In this document: positions 52,931 through 64,000 of the stretch, one piece after another
How positions within the stretch are numbered: the stretch's first letter is position 1
How the letters are laid out: each line of letters begins with the position of its first letter
NCBI GenBank assembly: GCA_030265395.1
Contig: JARFYF010000051.1
Span: 20,985,966-21,049,965, forward strand
Length of the DNA stretch: 64,000 bases
Direction of reading: 5' to 3'
From: Rhina ancylostomus
Lineage: Eukaryota
Notes under the pieces: generated by a model
Database searches by the model: none
What the model was told of the DNA's origin: nothing
What the model saw: only the letters and a program-made list of their open reading frames with translations
Program-made: the position numbers and the translations under genes

Positions 52931-54061
52931 CTGTTGGATCCACAAATAGTTGAAGTATTGAGATGAGTTTTGTGGTGATCTTCATCTCTCCTCTTAGCAA
53001 CTAGAAAATGTTGCCATTCTATTGGTTCCACATCTGAACAAAAAGCAGCAAATAACTTGAATTTATTGAACCTAATTGATAGCAGAAATACATTTAGTCA
53101 AAATATTTATTGGCAGCAAGTTTATTCTACATGCAGGACAATGAAGACCCTATTCTGTAAAATTTCTTGATTCTTTATTCTCACTGATGCAGTGCAGACC
53201 CTCTTCTTATTGTAGTCTGTGGCCTCTGTCATGCCCACATTGTTATTTTAATAACTCAAAAATGAATTAATATAAAATATATGATTTTATTGTACCTTGC
53301 CTTGATTACTGACCTTGTTTCAAACTGGGACTGCAAAGTATTTTAACTTCAGATAAAGGAACTGTGAAATGATATATATTTCAAGGAGATTGTTACCCCA
53401 ATACTATAAAGTTAGGTTCAGAAAATAATCTCAAAGAAAACAGTGAGACTTTGAGAATCAGGTCTAGCAGATTTCTGTGGTAGTTAACTTTATTTGATTT
53501 TGGTTGCAAGGAGGAAATCCATAAAAGTTTAAAAGTCTCTACATGGTGGTGCTCAAGGGCAATTATTTTTAAATTACCTATGCCTTCCTGCTTTATTCTC
53601 AGAAATACAGGAAGAGGCCATTTAACTGAAAAATATATTTTAAATATTATCTCAGTGTTCCCTTGACACACATTGATCGCCTATATACAATTGACTCCTT
53701 CATGAGATATAGATGTCAAAACATTGATATAATGTATGAAGAACTTGGCAAGTTATGCATCTCAAGTCCCAGAACTAGCACTCCACCTTAAAGGATATGG
53801 GGTTAGTGCAAGAATGTGGCGCTAAGGTGAAAGATCAGTTATGATCTTATTGAATGGCAGAAAAGGCATGAGAGGCCAAGCAGCTTCGTCCTGCTATTAC
53901 TTATTAGGTTCGTATGTTCCTTTGATATACACTGCCAATATGAAATATCTGCACAAATGTTCAATGTTTAGAACCTCAAACAAGTGTTTGAACACAGAGG
54001 GATTGTATAAGGCTGAATCTGCAAACCACCAAAGTAAAACACTGTGGGCGCAAGGAATCTC

Positions 54062-54245
54062 AAATGAAAACAGAAAATGTTGCGAATACTCGACAGGTCA
54101 GGCACATTTGTGGAGGGAGAAGGAAGGTTAATGCTTCAGGTCTATGACCCTGATGAACAGACATCAACCTGAAACATTAACCCTCTTTCTCTTTCTGTGG
54201 ATGATGCCTAGCCTGCCATGTTTCAGCACTTTGTTTTTATTTCTG
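54062..54245. mobile_element. Second palindromic Penelope-end element
   Basis: ggttaatgcttcaggt (54126-54141) and acctgaaacattaacc (54167-54182) form a 15/16 inverted repeat; outer arms resemble 1560-1740. Confidence 0.6.
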
Positions 54246-55849
54246 AATCCACAAACTATTTGATTGGCTGAAATTATACAATTTATTTTAATGGCTTGGG
54301 TCAGTTGACTAAGTGGTGAGGCTTAAGGCCAAAATGTCTTTACATTCACTCAAATCTTTCGGTAGCAGAGAAGCTGCAGGATATTGCAGCATGACTTCTT
54401 ATCCTGTGAATTGGCAATAGGGGATCAGTGCTGCACACATTAAGCACTTACATATCTGATAAACTCAGTCATTTCTCTCCCTTCTGACAAGTGTCAACCC
54501 TTATGAAAGTTGTGTATGCGTTCTGTCAATAAAGGCACATGTTTCTTGTCTAACTACAATTGCTAATAACTTTGCCCTCTTAAGTTGTAATGGATAATTT
54601 AATTGATTAATGGAGAAACTGAGAGAAAAAAGTTATGCAGTTTGCATGACCTTTGATCATTCTTCAAATGTAATGTTTGCACAGAAATCAAACTTGTGTA
54701 GTATGCTGATAAAAGCCCTCAGAAAAATAAAGAGGCATACTAACCTAAAGCAAATTTGTTTAGTAGTAGAATTTGAAGTGTTAATGCATACACTATTTTT
54801 TTTAGTTAACAGTGCTCCATCAGAAAATTACTAAGTGCTCAGAAACTAATGGGGAGTGGGGGTGAGGGGGCATGGGGTTAAAGAAATCATGCAGTCTGTT
54901 GATTTTGTAGCCATTCTTGATGAATGTTGGTACTAAGTCCATTTAAACTGGTTCTGCATTGCAAAACCAGAAGAGCTTGATATTTCTGTAACAAAAGCAA
55001 TTATTCTTTAGGGGAATTCTACAGAATGACCACAAATAAAACTTAATGCAGAGGACCCCCCAGTCCCCCTCTCTCCCTCTATCAGAGATGATCCCTTGTC
55101 AGGAAATTATGATGCCTCTGGAAATGAAAATTGTTTCAGTTTTTTTGCTGCTGTGGGAAGTTTGATATTGACGTGAATATGTACGCAACTGTTAACAAAT
55201 ATATGCCACACTTTGCAAAACTCTGCTTGGCACTTGCATCTGCTCACTTTCACTGGTGGAACATCATTCATTTGTACTATTGTACACATCACTGAATTTG
55301 ACTGGGAAATGACTTTAATGCAGTAACAATTGCACTGTACTATGTGCGTCCTTCTCTTTCCCTGACAGTCATGACTGCTGTAGTTTTGAGACCAATAACT
55401 ATGTGATAGAATGGTTCAACTGGTGTAAGTTTAATAAATGTGGAAAGCAATTACAGTAAACAAGTGGTTTTCAGCCCTTTGAGTGCCCTGGCTCTGATTA
55501 TGGCTACATTACTTCTCTTTCCCCATAACCCTACAACATGTCTCTTTTGGATATTTAGAAAATTCTTTTGTAAGCTGCCAATGAATCTGTAATCTACAGC
55601 AGTTCAGGCTGAGTTTGCTAACTCCATGCAATTCACTGTGGAAAGGAACATTTCCTCATGGTTCTTCTGGTACCTGCGACTGATCTTCAGTCATTGGTTA
55701 TAGAAGAAACCAAAATGGATAGCCCTCCACCCCCACCCACCCCCAATAAGCACAAGGGTCAAAACACAATGTTCAACTACAACCATTCAGCACAGATAAC
55801 ACACTAAGTGGAGGATGTATTGTTAAACATCCTATACCATGGGGAAGTC

Positions 55850-56250
55850 TACAATCCTTGCAAAACTGTCTACCCATTCTCCCTCCTGCTCTGTTGCAAG
55901 GCAGAGTGAAAGTTACTCAGCTCTCCTAAGCTTGGTTTCACCAGCAAGATTTCATTCCTTGTGCAACAGTGGTGGGCAGTTCCACCCTGAACAAGGCCTG
56001 ATGCTCATAGAGACTTTGGTAACCACTGGCAATTTGGTCCATAACCTTAAGACTGAAGTTGTGGCTGCTAGAGGTGGCACTGCCATTCTGAAGCAAGGAC
56101 ATCCCCTATTGTTCCTCACTGAGATTCAAGTCAGACAGTTGGGTGAGTTTGACCTCCTGCTGACAAATCTTCTTCCCCCCTGCACTTCCTATAGCTTGTC
56201 ATCTGCTCTTTCTCCAGGTAATGCTCTACTCCAAAGGGAGTGCCAACAAA
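55850..56250 (-). mobile_element. Highly degenerate PIF/Harbinger (HARBI1-like) transposase N-terminal relic
   Basis: Minus-strand frames give LNLSEEQ and KLPVVTKVSMSI, resembling the transposase motifs L(N/D)(L/M)SEEQC and LPVAVKVT.AL. Confidence 0.4.
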
Positions 56251-58675
56251 TGCCCTGTGCTTGGGAGCAACTAACTTACTGGAAGCTTGAATTCAGGGCC
56301 AAGTTCTTCAGTACCTTTTATGATGCTCCTTGCAGAGTTTAGCAACACTAGTAAGTAAACCTATGGAAGTTTATTACAAGCCATCACAAATCAATAAACT
56401 TGCATTGCGTGGATGGTCTATTTCAATGATGTGGTGGAGGGTCCTGTTTGCTCATGTACATGTGTTCAGTGTGTGAAGTTAAGGACAGATGTTACCTGGA
56501 GTGTGAAGCTGCAACCTGATAATGCTCACATCAAATTATTTGACTGTTCTGCATACTTCCAGCTTAGTAAACACCAATATTCTCACACTATGGTAGTTAG
56601 CAGGTCTCACATTACAGATGTGTATGTGCATTAACCACCATATTGGCATCAATTTGGCACCTGTGGCACCCAATCAACAAGCACTGACTGTGAAGTTGGA
56701 TTTTGCAAACTGTATCACTTTCTTAGTCTGACCCACCTCAGGGGTTACCTGCTGGAGGTAATGGTTATCTTGTCCAGACCTTACACCAGCAGACAATGCA
56801 CACTGGTTAGATCAGGCAGGTCCAGGACAACTCAGCCTAGTGATTCATTATAGGATGATGCTTATGTCTAATCTGACTGGCTCAGACTTGCCAGCTCACA
56901 TTTCTCCCACTTGACTCAAGAACTGGTTACAATTTACAGCTCTACACTGACCTGAGTCTTCCTTCAGGAGATGAACACCTCCAGAGCGAAGTATTGAATC
57001 AAAAAGACAATAGTTCTCCACAGGACATAGGTGCACCACTGAATCTATTTTTTTTTAATTTATTTGTTCTGGGGATGCTGATATTGCTGGCCATTTTGCC
57101 TTTCCCTGACTACCCATGAACTGAGGAAGCAGTTAAGAATCAATCATGCTGAATGGGTCTGCAGGCACATGTAGTCCAGGCTGGGTAGGAAGGTAGTTTT
57201 CTTCACCAAGGGACGTTTCAGGGATCCTTTGAGAGACGTTTGGGCTTATTTGGATAATGTAGATCAGGGAAGTATTTCTTAGTACCTCTATATTCCGTTA
57301 TGTAAATTTTAGCCACTCATAAATGACTGTAAAAGTGTTATTCTTTCATTAAAGCTACTTTCTGACAACAGAATGAGTTTTCACAGTGACAATCCTGTCT
57401 CTGAGCCTAACCTGGTCTGATGATGAGTGGGCACCAAAACTTCAGCTCTGAATTCTGTGTTGATGACCAAGGAGATGGTAATTTTCAGTGAGTCCCCCCT
57501 ACTTCACTAACTCCCCTCCCCCAACAACCCCATCCCTCTCAACTTCCAACCTTCGAATTTCCAGATTGGGAGAATTTATAAAACATTTCAAATGTACGGG
57601 ACCAAACACTATGTGATGGTATGTAGATGGTTATGTTCACAGAAAGAGCAATCATCTTTCAGCCTGTCAAATTGCTGACAAGTCTTTGAATCCTTGCTTC
57701 ACTTTCAAGAATTTAATCTCCATCAGTAAGTCAGAGAAATATTTTGCAGGCTAATGTACTTCTTTGTCCTTTCATTTTCAACTCCTTGTATCTATTGTGT
57801 CTCCTTCAGCACAAGATTGGAAGGGACCAATCATACTGACTTCTTCATAGACATTGCCAATGTCATGACACCATGAGTCTTGTGGTTAAGAGAAGTTACT
57901 TTCTCCATCTATCTCCCCCAGGGGTTGACCAAATCCCCTTCAGATAACCTGGTGATGACAACATTGGCTCTAACAAAGTAAGAACACATTCACATAAAAG
58001 TTGATTATAACCAGGGTCTGAACTTATGTTTTCTTCCTCCCTTCATTAAGAAGTTGATGTTTTATTTTGCCAATTTTATGCCACTATATCTAGGCTGTTT
58101 CTGTCATTGCTGTGCCAAACATGTAAAACTACTCAGATTCCATTTGATGTCCCAGTGGAAACAAATAAAACCTCATTAGTGTATTATAAAAACAAATTAA
58201 ATCCATGTTGCTCAGTGATGTTTAAACTGCATTCCAGTTGAACTGTTTCATTCTATCTTCTTAGTGTAGAGTTTGTTTGTCACACATAATAAAATCTCCA
58301 AATATACAGAGAGCATCACCTTTTTAAGTAAACATAAACTACATGAAGTGGATTTAATATAGAAAAGCTGAAATTCAGATGTTGATTTCACTCAATGGAC
58401 AATTTTTACTACTTAGGTAACTCCTCGTCAACAGATATCAGGTTAAAGAATACACTCTGCGCAGCATTTTAGAAAAGCACATTGCTTTACACTAAATGCT
58501 CTCAACTCAATAACTTGCACAAAAAGGGATTATGGTCTTTCCCATTCTCCATCACACATCCACATTTATTAATATCTTTCACAATATTTTTATTTAATAG
58601 AAAGTCCAACACATCAAGAACATGCTATTTAATAATTCTGAACATAGAAATAGTTATTTTTCATGTTGCACTTAC

Positions 58676-58778
58676 CTTTAGATGTGAGATACACTCGTGG
58701 CAAAGTCTGTTGCAGGCCGAAAACTTTGTTGTACTCCAGAAAGATTCCCAGAATCATAAGAAGAAATAATTTTGCCAT
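58676..58778 (-). CDS. sema3c: SEMA3C first coding exon (exon 2): signal peptide and start of mature chain, MAKLFLLMILGIFLEYNKVFGLQQTLPRVYLTSK
   Basis: ATG at 58778 in a strong Kozak context (AAAATGG); 103 coding nt; donor AAG|GTAAG; PRVYLT matches SEMA3C ARVYLT; phase 1 joins exon 3. Not in the supplied ORF track. Confidence 0.93.
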
Positions 58779-58814
58779 TTTTGAGCTTGAAGTATTGGGT
58801 TCAGATGAAATAAT
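58779..58814 (-). other. sema3c: 5' UTR part of exon 2 (36 nt) after a strong splice acceptor
   Basis: Minus strand reads ctctgtcttcattttcctgcag|ATTATTTC...CTCAAAA-ATG. The polypyrimidine tract and CAG imply an upstream non-coding exon 1. Confidence 0.8.
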
Positions 58815-59384
58815 CTGCAGGAAAATGAAGACAGAGTTGTTACATAGATTTTATTTACAACATACCATTATGTGATAAGACATCTGCAAAGTTATACTTG
58901 TTTTGATCTATTAAAAATGCTCCATTTTCCATTAAAAAATTGCTTGACCTAGGCTACAATCAAAATGAATTTGTTTAAGATGTTATGCATACATTAATGT
59001 TCTCATTAATGAATTGTCCCATCAAAGTTCTGCAAGAATGGCTTTAATGCCTTTGGAATCTCGCTATGCTTCCATTACATTAAGATAGACGACTGAAGAT
59101 GTGGAGACTCAATAAGCTACATTGTTAAAATGAATTCAGTTCATAAAAGGGTCCATTTCACTTCTATAATATTTATCACTCTAGTTTAATGGCTGTACTT
59201 CATGCCAGCTCTAGAGTTTAAACCTTGGTAAAGTTACCTTCTTGCCAGTATTATGTTGATATGACCTCTCCAGATACCTGCACTGCACATTGACAGGCCT
59301 GTCTCTGAGGAATAAGCAGTGATTCCATCAATCATATGAGCAGTGGGATAGTGAGAGTGAAAATCTCGTGTCCTATTCAACATG

Positions 59385-59660
59385 GAGGAAGCCCATTCAA
59401 CTCAACTCAGTTCTCTGTAACCTCTTTCACATGCCCATCAACTTCCTCTGATCCTTCTGCCCCATTCACCTGAAATGGAGACAATTTACAGTCACCAATT
59501 AACCTACCAACCATCACATCTTTGGGATGTGGGAGAAAACTGGAGCACCCAAAGGAAACCCACGTGGTCACAGGGAGAACATACAAACTCCACACAGACA
59601 TCACCCAAGGTCAAACTTTAAGCTGTGTCTGTGGAGTTGTGAAGCTGCTGTACTAATTAG
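59385..59660 (-). mobile_element. V-SINE copy upstream of exon 2
   Basis: tgtgggagaaaactggagcacccaaaggaaacccacgtggtcacagggagaacatacaaactccacacaga is a reverse-complement V domain. Confidence 0.85.
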
Positions 59661-61949
59661 CACTCCATAGTGCAATCTTGCTGAATACTTTCGAGTTCCT
59701 TGCTTTGAGAACAAATAATTGCCTTTGAAACTGTATTTGGTACATCAAACTACAGCCTGCTTCAGGCATCCCCATGTTCAGGCTGACACTTATCATTAAC
59801 TTGGGTGAATTCCATGCTTGGGCCAATCATTTAGTGGACACGAGCTCTTAAAAAAATCATATGAATTTATCATTGACTCAATATTTTGTATAAACAAAAC
59901 ACCTCCTTAAAAATAATCACGTGATTTTATAAAACAAATATTAATGGGAAATAATTTGTCAATAAATCAATGGTAAAGGAAAAACTGCAAAATATACTGG
60001 AAAGATAAATTTGAATCATCTCCAGGTAGCAAATAAACTTAAGGATTGGATCCCTAGTTAATCATAATTGGGTGGTTTGATCCTGGAACATTGGCCTTTC
60101 CTTGAAGGCAACATATGGCAAGCAGATTTAAGAGCTGCTATTGTGATTCAAAGTTGTGATTTACAACTCAATATCCTATTACATCCATTTGTTGTTCATG
60201 GAAGACATGTAAGGTGAATGTTTTACAAACATTCATACCAGAATGTAAGACATTCAATCAATATTAAATCCAACATTCATCACTGAGTTTTTTGATATTG
60301 CTCCAAATGAACAATTCAATTTCTAGCTTTCCATTTTCTAAGACATTCTCTTTGCCTTTTACAAATAACAACATCATTCGCATTGCACTTAGGTTGATAT
60401 TGGAGCTGAATACATATTAGCATTAATCGGTAAAATAAATTTGGGCATCATCAGGTTATTTCTCCTGAGCTTCCAGAGGGAGCAGGTGGCATAGGTCAAC
60501 AGTGTTGCTCCAATTTTGTAACCAATACTCCCCAGGGACTAGAGGATCACACAATTCTCTCTCACAGTATTACATTCCTCGCATCACAAAGCCTTAATAT
60601 AACTTTGCCAACAGCAGAGTTTTAATTCTACTAAGAAATCTAGGTGAAGACAAAGACAAACTGAAAGATAGCATTCAAGTTGAAATAGCAGGGTAGACTG
60701 AGAATTGACATAAAAGGATAGGAAGCTTGTCATAGTAACCTCATGATAATTTTTGACACTGCTTTGGAACCACAGATGGCTGGGAGTGTGTTCCAAGGCT
60801 TAGCTATTATCTTGCAGCACAGATTGCATTACAATGTTTATGAAAACTCATCTGATCCCAAGAGTATATTAAATCTTGAATATATTNNNNNNNNNNNNNN
60901 NNNNNNNNNNNNNNNNNNNNNNNNNNNNNNNNNNNNNNNNNNNNNNNNNNNNNNNNNNNNNNNNNNNNNNNNNNNNNNNNNNNNNNNNNNNNNNNNNNNN
61001 NNNNNNNNNNNNNNNNNNNNNNNNNNNNNNNNNNNNNNNNNNNNNNNNNNNNNNNNNNNNNNNNNNNNNNNNNNNNNNNNNNNNNNNNNNNNNNNNNNNN
61101 NNNNNNNNNNNNNNNNNNNNNNNNNNNNNNNNNNNNNNNNNNNNNNNNNNNNNNNNNNNNNNNNNNNNNNNNNNNNNNNNNNNNNNNNNNNNNNNNNNNN
61201 NNNNNNNNNNNNNNNNNNNNNNNNNNNNNNNNNNNNNNNNNNNNNNNNNNNNNNNNNNNNNNNNNNNNNNNNNNNNNNNNNNNNNNNNNNNNNTATTGAA
61301 CTCACTTAACTAACAACTGTGAATGTCAATGTAGAAATCTAATGTTTACTGACAGCAGTTAGCTGCTGAGGAGGTGATACTGGGAGTTATTCTCCATTGA
61401 TTTCAATGGAGGCGATTGGCTGAGCAGAACAGAGGTAAGCATTTAGTCTTTTGATTTTTAAAGCACTTTCTTACTGTTTAAAGTATTTTAAAGTATTTTT
61501 AAAAGTTGTATATTTTTAATTTTAAAACATTTTACAAAACTTTAAAATATTGTTGATTGTTTCTGAATGAGACATGCAGCCTTTGACAATTCAGGCTAGG
61601 TCAGGGGGTAAAGTTTAGCTGGTTGTTCATTTCCTCCTTTTGTGGGGCTGGAGCTTGCTTTGGCCACCACGTGCTTCTTCTTCCATGTTTCAGGGTCTCT
61701 CCATGAAGAATTGGACTAGCTTACCCCAGGTGTTCCACTGGGAACATTGTTTCAGGTACTTGTATAGTTTTCTAGAGGTTAGCACAGGGCAACTACTCAC
61801 TGTCATGGCCTGTGACAGAGGGAAGGAAAGATGTGAGATGTTAGTGACGGGGGAATTAAGTTTATTCCTTCACACTGGGATGTAGGTTTCACAAACAGTC
61901 CATGCAGAAATGAGCTCAATGAGTTAGCTCCTGTCTTCTTTGTCCCACC

Positions 61950-62830
61950 AGAGTTGGTGGGAAGGACATTGTTCGCATGGTGTGAGGTTGTGCAGCATAC
62001 AGTAGACCACAACTAGTCTTGAAACACTCTGCCCAGCAGTGAAGGACTCTGCTATAGTGGTTCAGATTGTTTTAGCATATCAACCATCTGCTTTATTAGG
62101 TTTTGCAGATCAGCATGTCTTTTATAGTCATTGCCCTTGATACTGAGCAGCCTTTGGCTTTCAGTTGTGGTTCAAATTCAGCTACTGTTGTAGACCAATA
62201 CAGAAAGAAGAAATCGTGGCTGCTGTCAGGATCCCAGCCACTAACCTGTCTATTCACCAACAGGACTTGAGGGTCTGGAATTTTGTTTGTTCTGGTGTCA
62301 GGCAGAGTTGACATCCTGCATTCAAAGTGATGTGAGTGTAGCCAAGGGCATCCTATTCTGCAGAAAAGCTGCAAATCTTCCAATTCCTTTTCTCTCTATA
62401 CCAGTTCATCTCTGGTGAGCGAGAATGAAATTGTTGGTTCATTTTGAACAGGTGACCTCAGTGAACTTCCTTGTACAACAATGGATGGCAAACTCCAAGA
62501 TGGGTAAGTATCTCCACGTCCAGCCTGGGAGGAGGCAGACACATAATAATTCAGTGTCATGGTCACCTTGAAAGCCACAAGCAACCCAGTCCTTCTCCTG
62601 CTCCAAGGCTGGGTTATGGCTACAACAGGTATCTGATTTTTGTGAAGACCTCCTTACTGATACACAGGTGCTTGACACAATGTTCCTCGTTGACATTTTG
62701 ATAAGTCCATTACTTTCTGAACACGATGAGTGAAAAACGTCTCCTCTTCTTCCTCCTCCCTCCTCCTGCAACTTCTCATTCTGCCAGTTAAATCCTCTTC
62801 CAAGGGAACTGCCTACTAATGCAGCCATGC
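61950..62830 (-). mobile_element. Degenerate PIF/Harbinger DDE transposase pseudogene (HARBI1-like)
   Basis: Ordered fragments LVAFKVTMTLNYYVSASSQAGRGD (cf. LPVAVKVTVALNF.ASGSFQ...GD), THI, PDSSHDFFFL (cf. PGSSHD.FIL) and TVCC, broken by frameshifts. Confidence 0.65.
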
Positions 62831-64000
62831 TGGGGAAAAGTTAGTTTGTACAGAAGCCTTGTAATAAAGACGCAAGTCTCCAGCACCTGCCTCATAACAC
62901 CATGAAGAATTCAGAAACTTAAAACAACCAAAAGGAGCACCAAACACTTTAAAATTTATAGTAACAGTTAGAAGAATTCAGTCAGCAACTAACCCATAAG
63001 TAATTGATGACTCATTTGAACAGTCTTGTAAAGGGGTGTTGCTGCTGCTGAGCAAGTGGTGTTAAGGAAGGTCAACAAGCACTGAGCTCCAACATGATTG
63101 AACTGGAAGCAAATCCATATTACAGGCTGATTGATGGTGAACTCCTGCTCTACATATCGCCTGCAGATGTTAGTTGTGTGTATTTTAACACCATCACCAA
63201 TGTAACGCTCATTACAATTTGTACCACAAGCATGCTACAAATGTGAGTGTGTACCAGAAGTGCATTTTACAGCTCGTGAACCACACCAAAAAATCAAAAT
63301 GCCGATTCCTCACTAAAAACATTCATTATGCCTGACTGATTATTGTGTGGAAAGACAGCAGCACCGTAGAGAGCAAATTGCATCAGTTTCAAGCTTGGTG
63401 CTTCCTTTCCTTTTGAGGAGTTTCTCTTTTCCAGGTGACAAGGAGCTTCAGCAGAAACAGTCAAACACAGTGCATGCTGTAATTTGATTCGCTGAGGTGG
63501 TGGGGCAGGCACGGAGTTTGAACAATTGACCTTGTAGGAAACCAAGATGGTCAGACAAGAGCTGAATCCAACACCCACCCTGACTCCCTGAGACAGTGCT
63601 TTAATTGACAGCTTGAGAGCTGTGAAACCTCACCCCTCTACAGCAGTAGATGAAGCTGGCTGGCAGAATGTTGGGCCTCAGGCTTTCAACCATCTGTCCT
63701 GCTGTAGATGCTCATACACCTGTGATGCTGGGCTGCTAAAGAGATGTTAACCATTACCTTACAGAAATTCCAGATTTGTTCCCAATACTTCATTACTATA
63801 ATTGAATCTCCCCCTCCAAATAATTATTTCTAAAAAAATTCTGAAAGGATAAGGAAGGTAACTAATTTTTGCACTAGTATCTCATTTCAGCAACTAACAA
63901 TGGAAGTTAATTCATTCATTTAGGTAGCAGGCAATAAGGACTTATACATGTGCATTTCGGTTAGATTTTCAGCGTTTCAACAGATGTTTTACCAAGAAGC

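Noticed and set aside
55839-56342. 167-aa plus-strand ORF
   Set aside because: No recognisable motifs; it lies antisense to a probable Harbinger relic.

Overview
Eukaryotic, AT-rich vertebrate genomic DNA from a draft assembly with many N gaps. The repeat content (CR1, L2 and Rex1/Babar LINEs, V-SINE and Deu-type SINEs, Penelope-type ends, Harbinger relics) points to a cartilaginous fish; this is an inference. The window holds one protein-coding gene, semaphorin 3C (sema3c), on the minus strand. I read 13 coding exons directly (human exons 2-14), all with GT-AG boundaries, of 103, 161, 63, 120, 91, 120, 143, 115, 70, 145, 223, 89 and 42 nt. They total 1485 nt (495 codons) in one open frame, from the ATG at 58778 through the signal peptide and nearly all of the Sema domain. 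The later exons (PSI, Ig, basic tail) lie left of the window, and the non-coding exon 1 could not be located. Most ORFs in the supplied track are noise, gap artefacts or transposon debris. I found no convincing novel biological system. The best second-look items are Penelope-derived hairpins with hammerhead-ribozyme-like cores, a tandem splice donor at exon 7, a 92-nt intron, a four-tier G-quadruplex motif, a candidate intronic enhancer, nested transposon insertions and Harbinger transposase fossils near the 5' end of the gene.
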